A DNA stretch of 32,000 nucleotides from NCBI GenBank assembly GCA_041657425.1, contig JBBABY010000005.1:30001-62000 (forward strand), read 5' to 3'. Under the pieces are notes generated by a model. That model did no database searches. It was not told the origin of the DNA and worked only from the letters and a program-made list of their open reading frames with translations. Shown here piece by piece: positions 31,905-32,000 of this stretch. The first letter of the stretch is position 1, and each line of letters starts with the position of its first letter. Source of the DNA: an archaeon. GTDB taxonomy: Archaea > Iainarchaeota > Iainarchaeia > Iainarchaeales > CSSED10-239. Position numbers and translations under genes: made by a program.

Positions 31905-31947
31905 ATTTGTCCAAGATTTAATAATTCAATATTTATATCTGGTAGAT

Positions 31948-31967
31948 TAGATTTATAAATAAATCTA
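31948..31967. promoter_or_regulatory. 20-nt palindrome TAGATTTAT-AA-ATAAATCTA upstream of the HTH gene (candidate operator)
   Basis: Read directly, with 9-bp arms, located 44-63 nt upstream of the ATG at 31904 (minus strand). A partial extra half-site TAGAT lies adjacent. Confidence 0.3.
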
Positions 31968-32000
31968 TGTGTTTAGAAATTCAAAGGTACTGGTTGTTCC

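Noticed and set aside
1-32000. A scan for CRISPR arrays, rRNA genes, IS elements/transposases, integrases and long tandem repeats.
   Set aside because: No regularly spaced direct repeats and no rRNA-like or transposase-like sequences were seen. The only mobile elements supported are the two inteins.

Overview
AT-rich, very gene-dense archaeal sequence. Archaeal markers include RadA, Mre11, proteasome alpha, Rrp4/41/42 exosome, RNase P protein subunits, Taw1, L37Ae, RpoP and prefoldin. Low GC, tight gene packing and a fermentative gene set suggest a DPANN-type or similarly reduced archaeon; this is inference. All calls rest on by-eye motif recognition and hand translation, with no database search. 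A GGTGA/GGAGG Shine-Dalgarno-like motif sits 5-10 nt upstream of many start codons (e.g. 17888, 21773, 23590, 24927, 26674, 27963, 30625) and was used to choose starts. Layout: (i) 1-5741, minus-strand pyruvate:ferredoxin oxidoreductase cluster porG/porD-porA-X-porB, interrupted three times: by an opposite-strand ORF, by an unknown 386-aa ORF, and by an intein in porB. (ii) ADP-forming acetyl-CoA synthetase alpha. (iii) An arsR-iscS-iscU operon in which iscU carries a complete LAGLIDADG intein. (iv) mre11, tRNA-Cys, a truncated PEP-synthase-like protein, and radA. (v) A convergent RelE-like/RHH pair. (vi) taw1 followed by a very short [FeFe]-hydrogenase-like gene. (vii) A membrane-anchored DsbA-like protein whose thioredoxin-fold halves appear in permuted order. 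(viii) tRNA-Arg(UCU)-argS followed by the conserved archaeal exosome/proteasome superoperon (rnp3, rnp2, psmA, SBDS, rrp4, rrp41, rrp42, L37Ae, rpoP, Brix, pcc1, pfdB), with two paralogous membrane proteins inserted. (ix) 27963-31904, an accessory-looking region: two modular paralogous secreted/anchored proteins flank an AAA+/DUF4143-type ATPase, a C14 homopolymer sits in the promoter of the second paralog, and an HTH protein follows. No rRNA, CRISPR array or transposase was seen. The best candidates for something new are the two metabolic-gene inteins, the minimal hydrogenase-like protein, the ORF wedged inside the por operon, the permuted DsbA, and the surface-protein pair with its poly-C tract.
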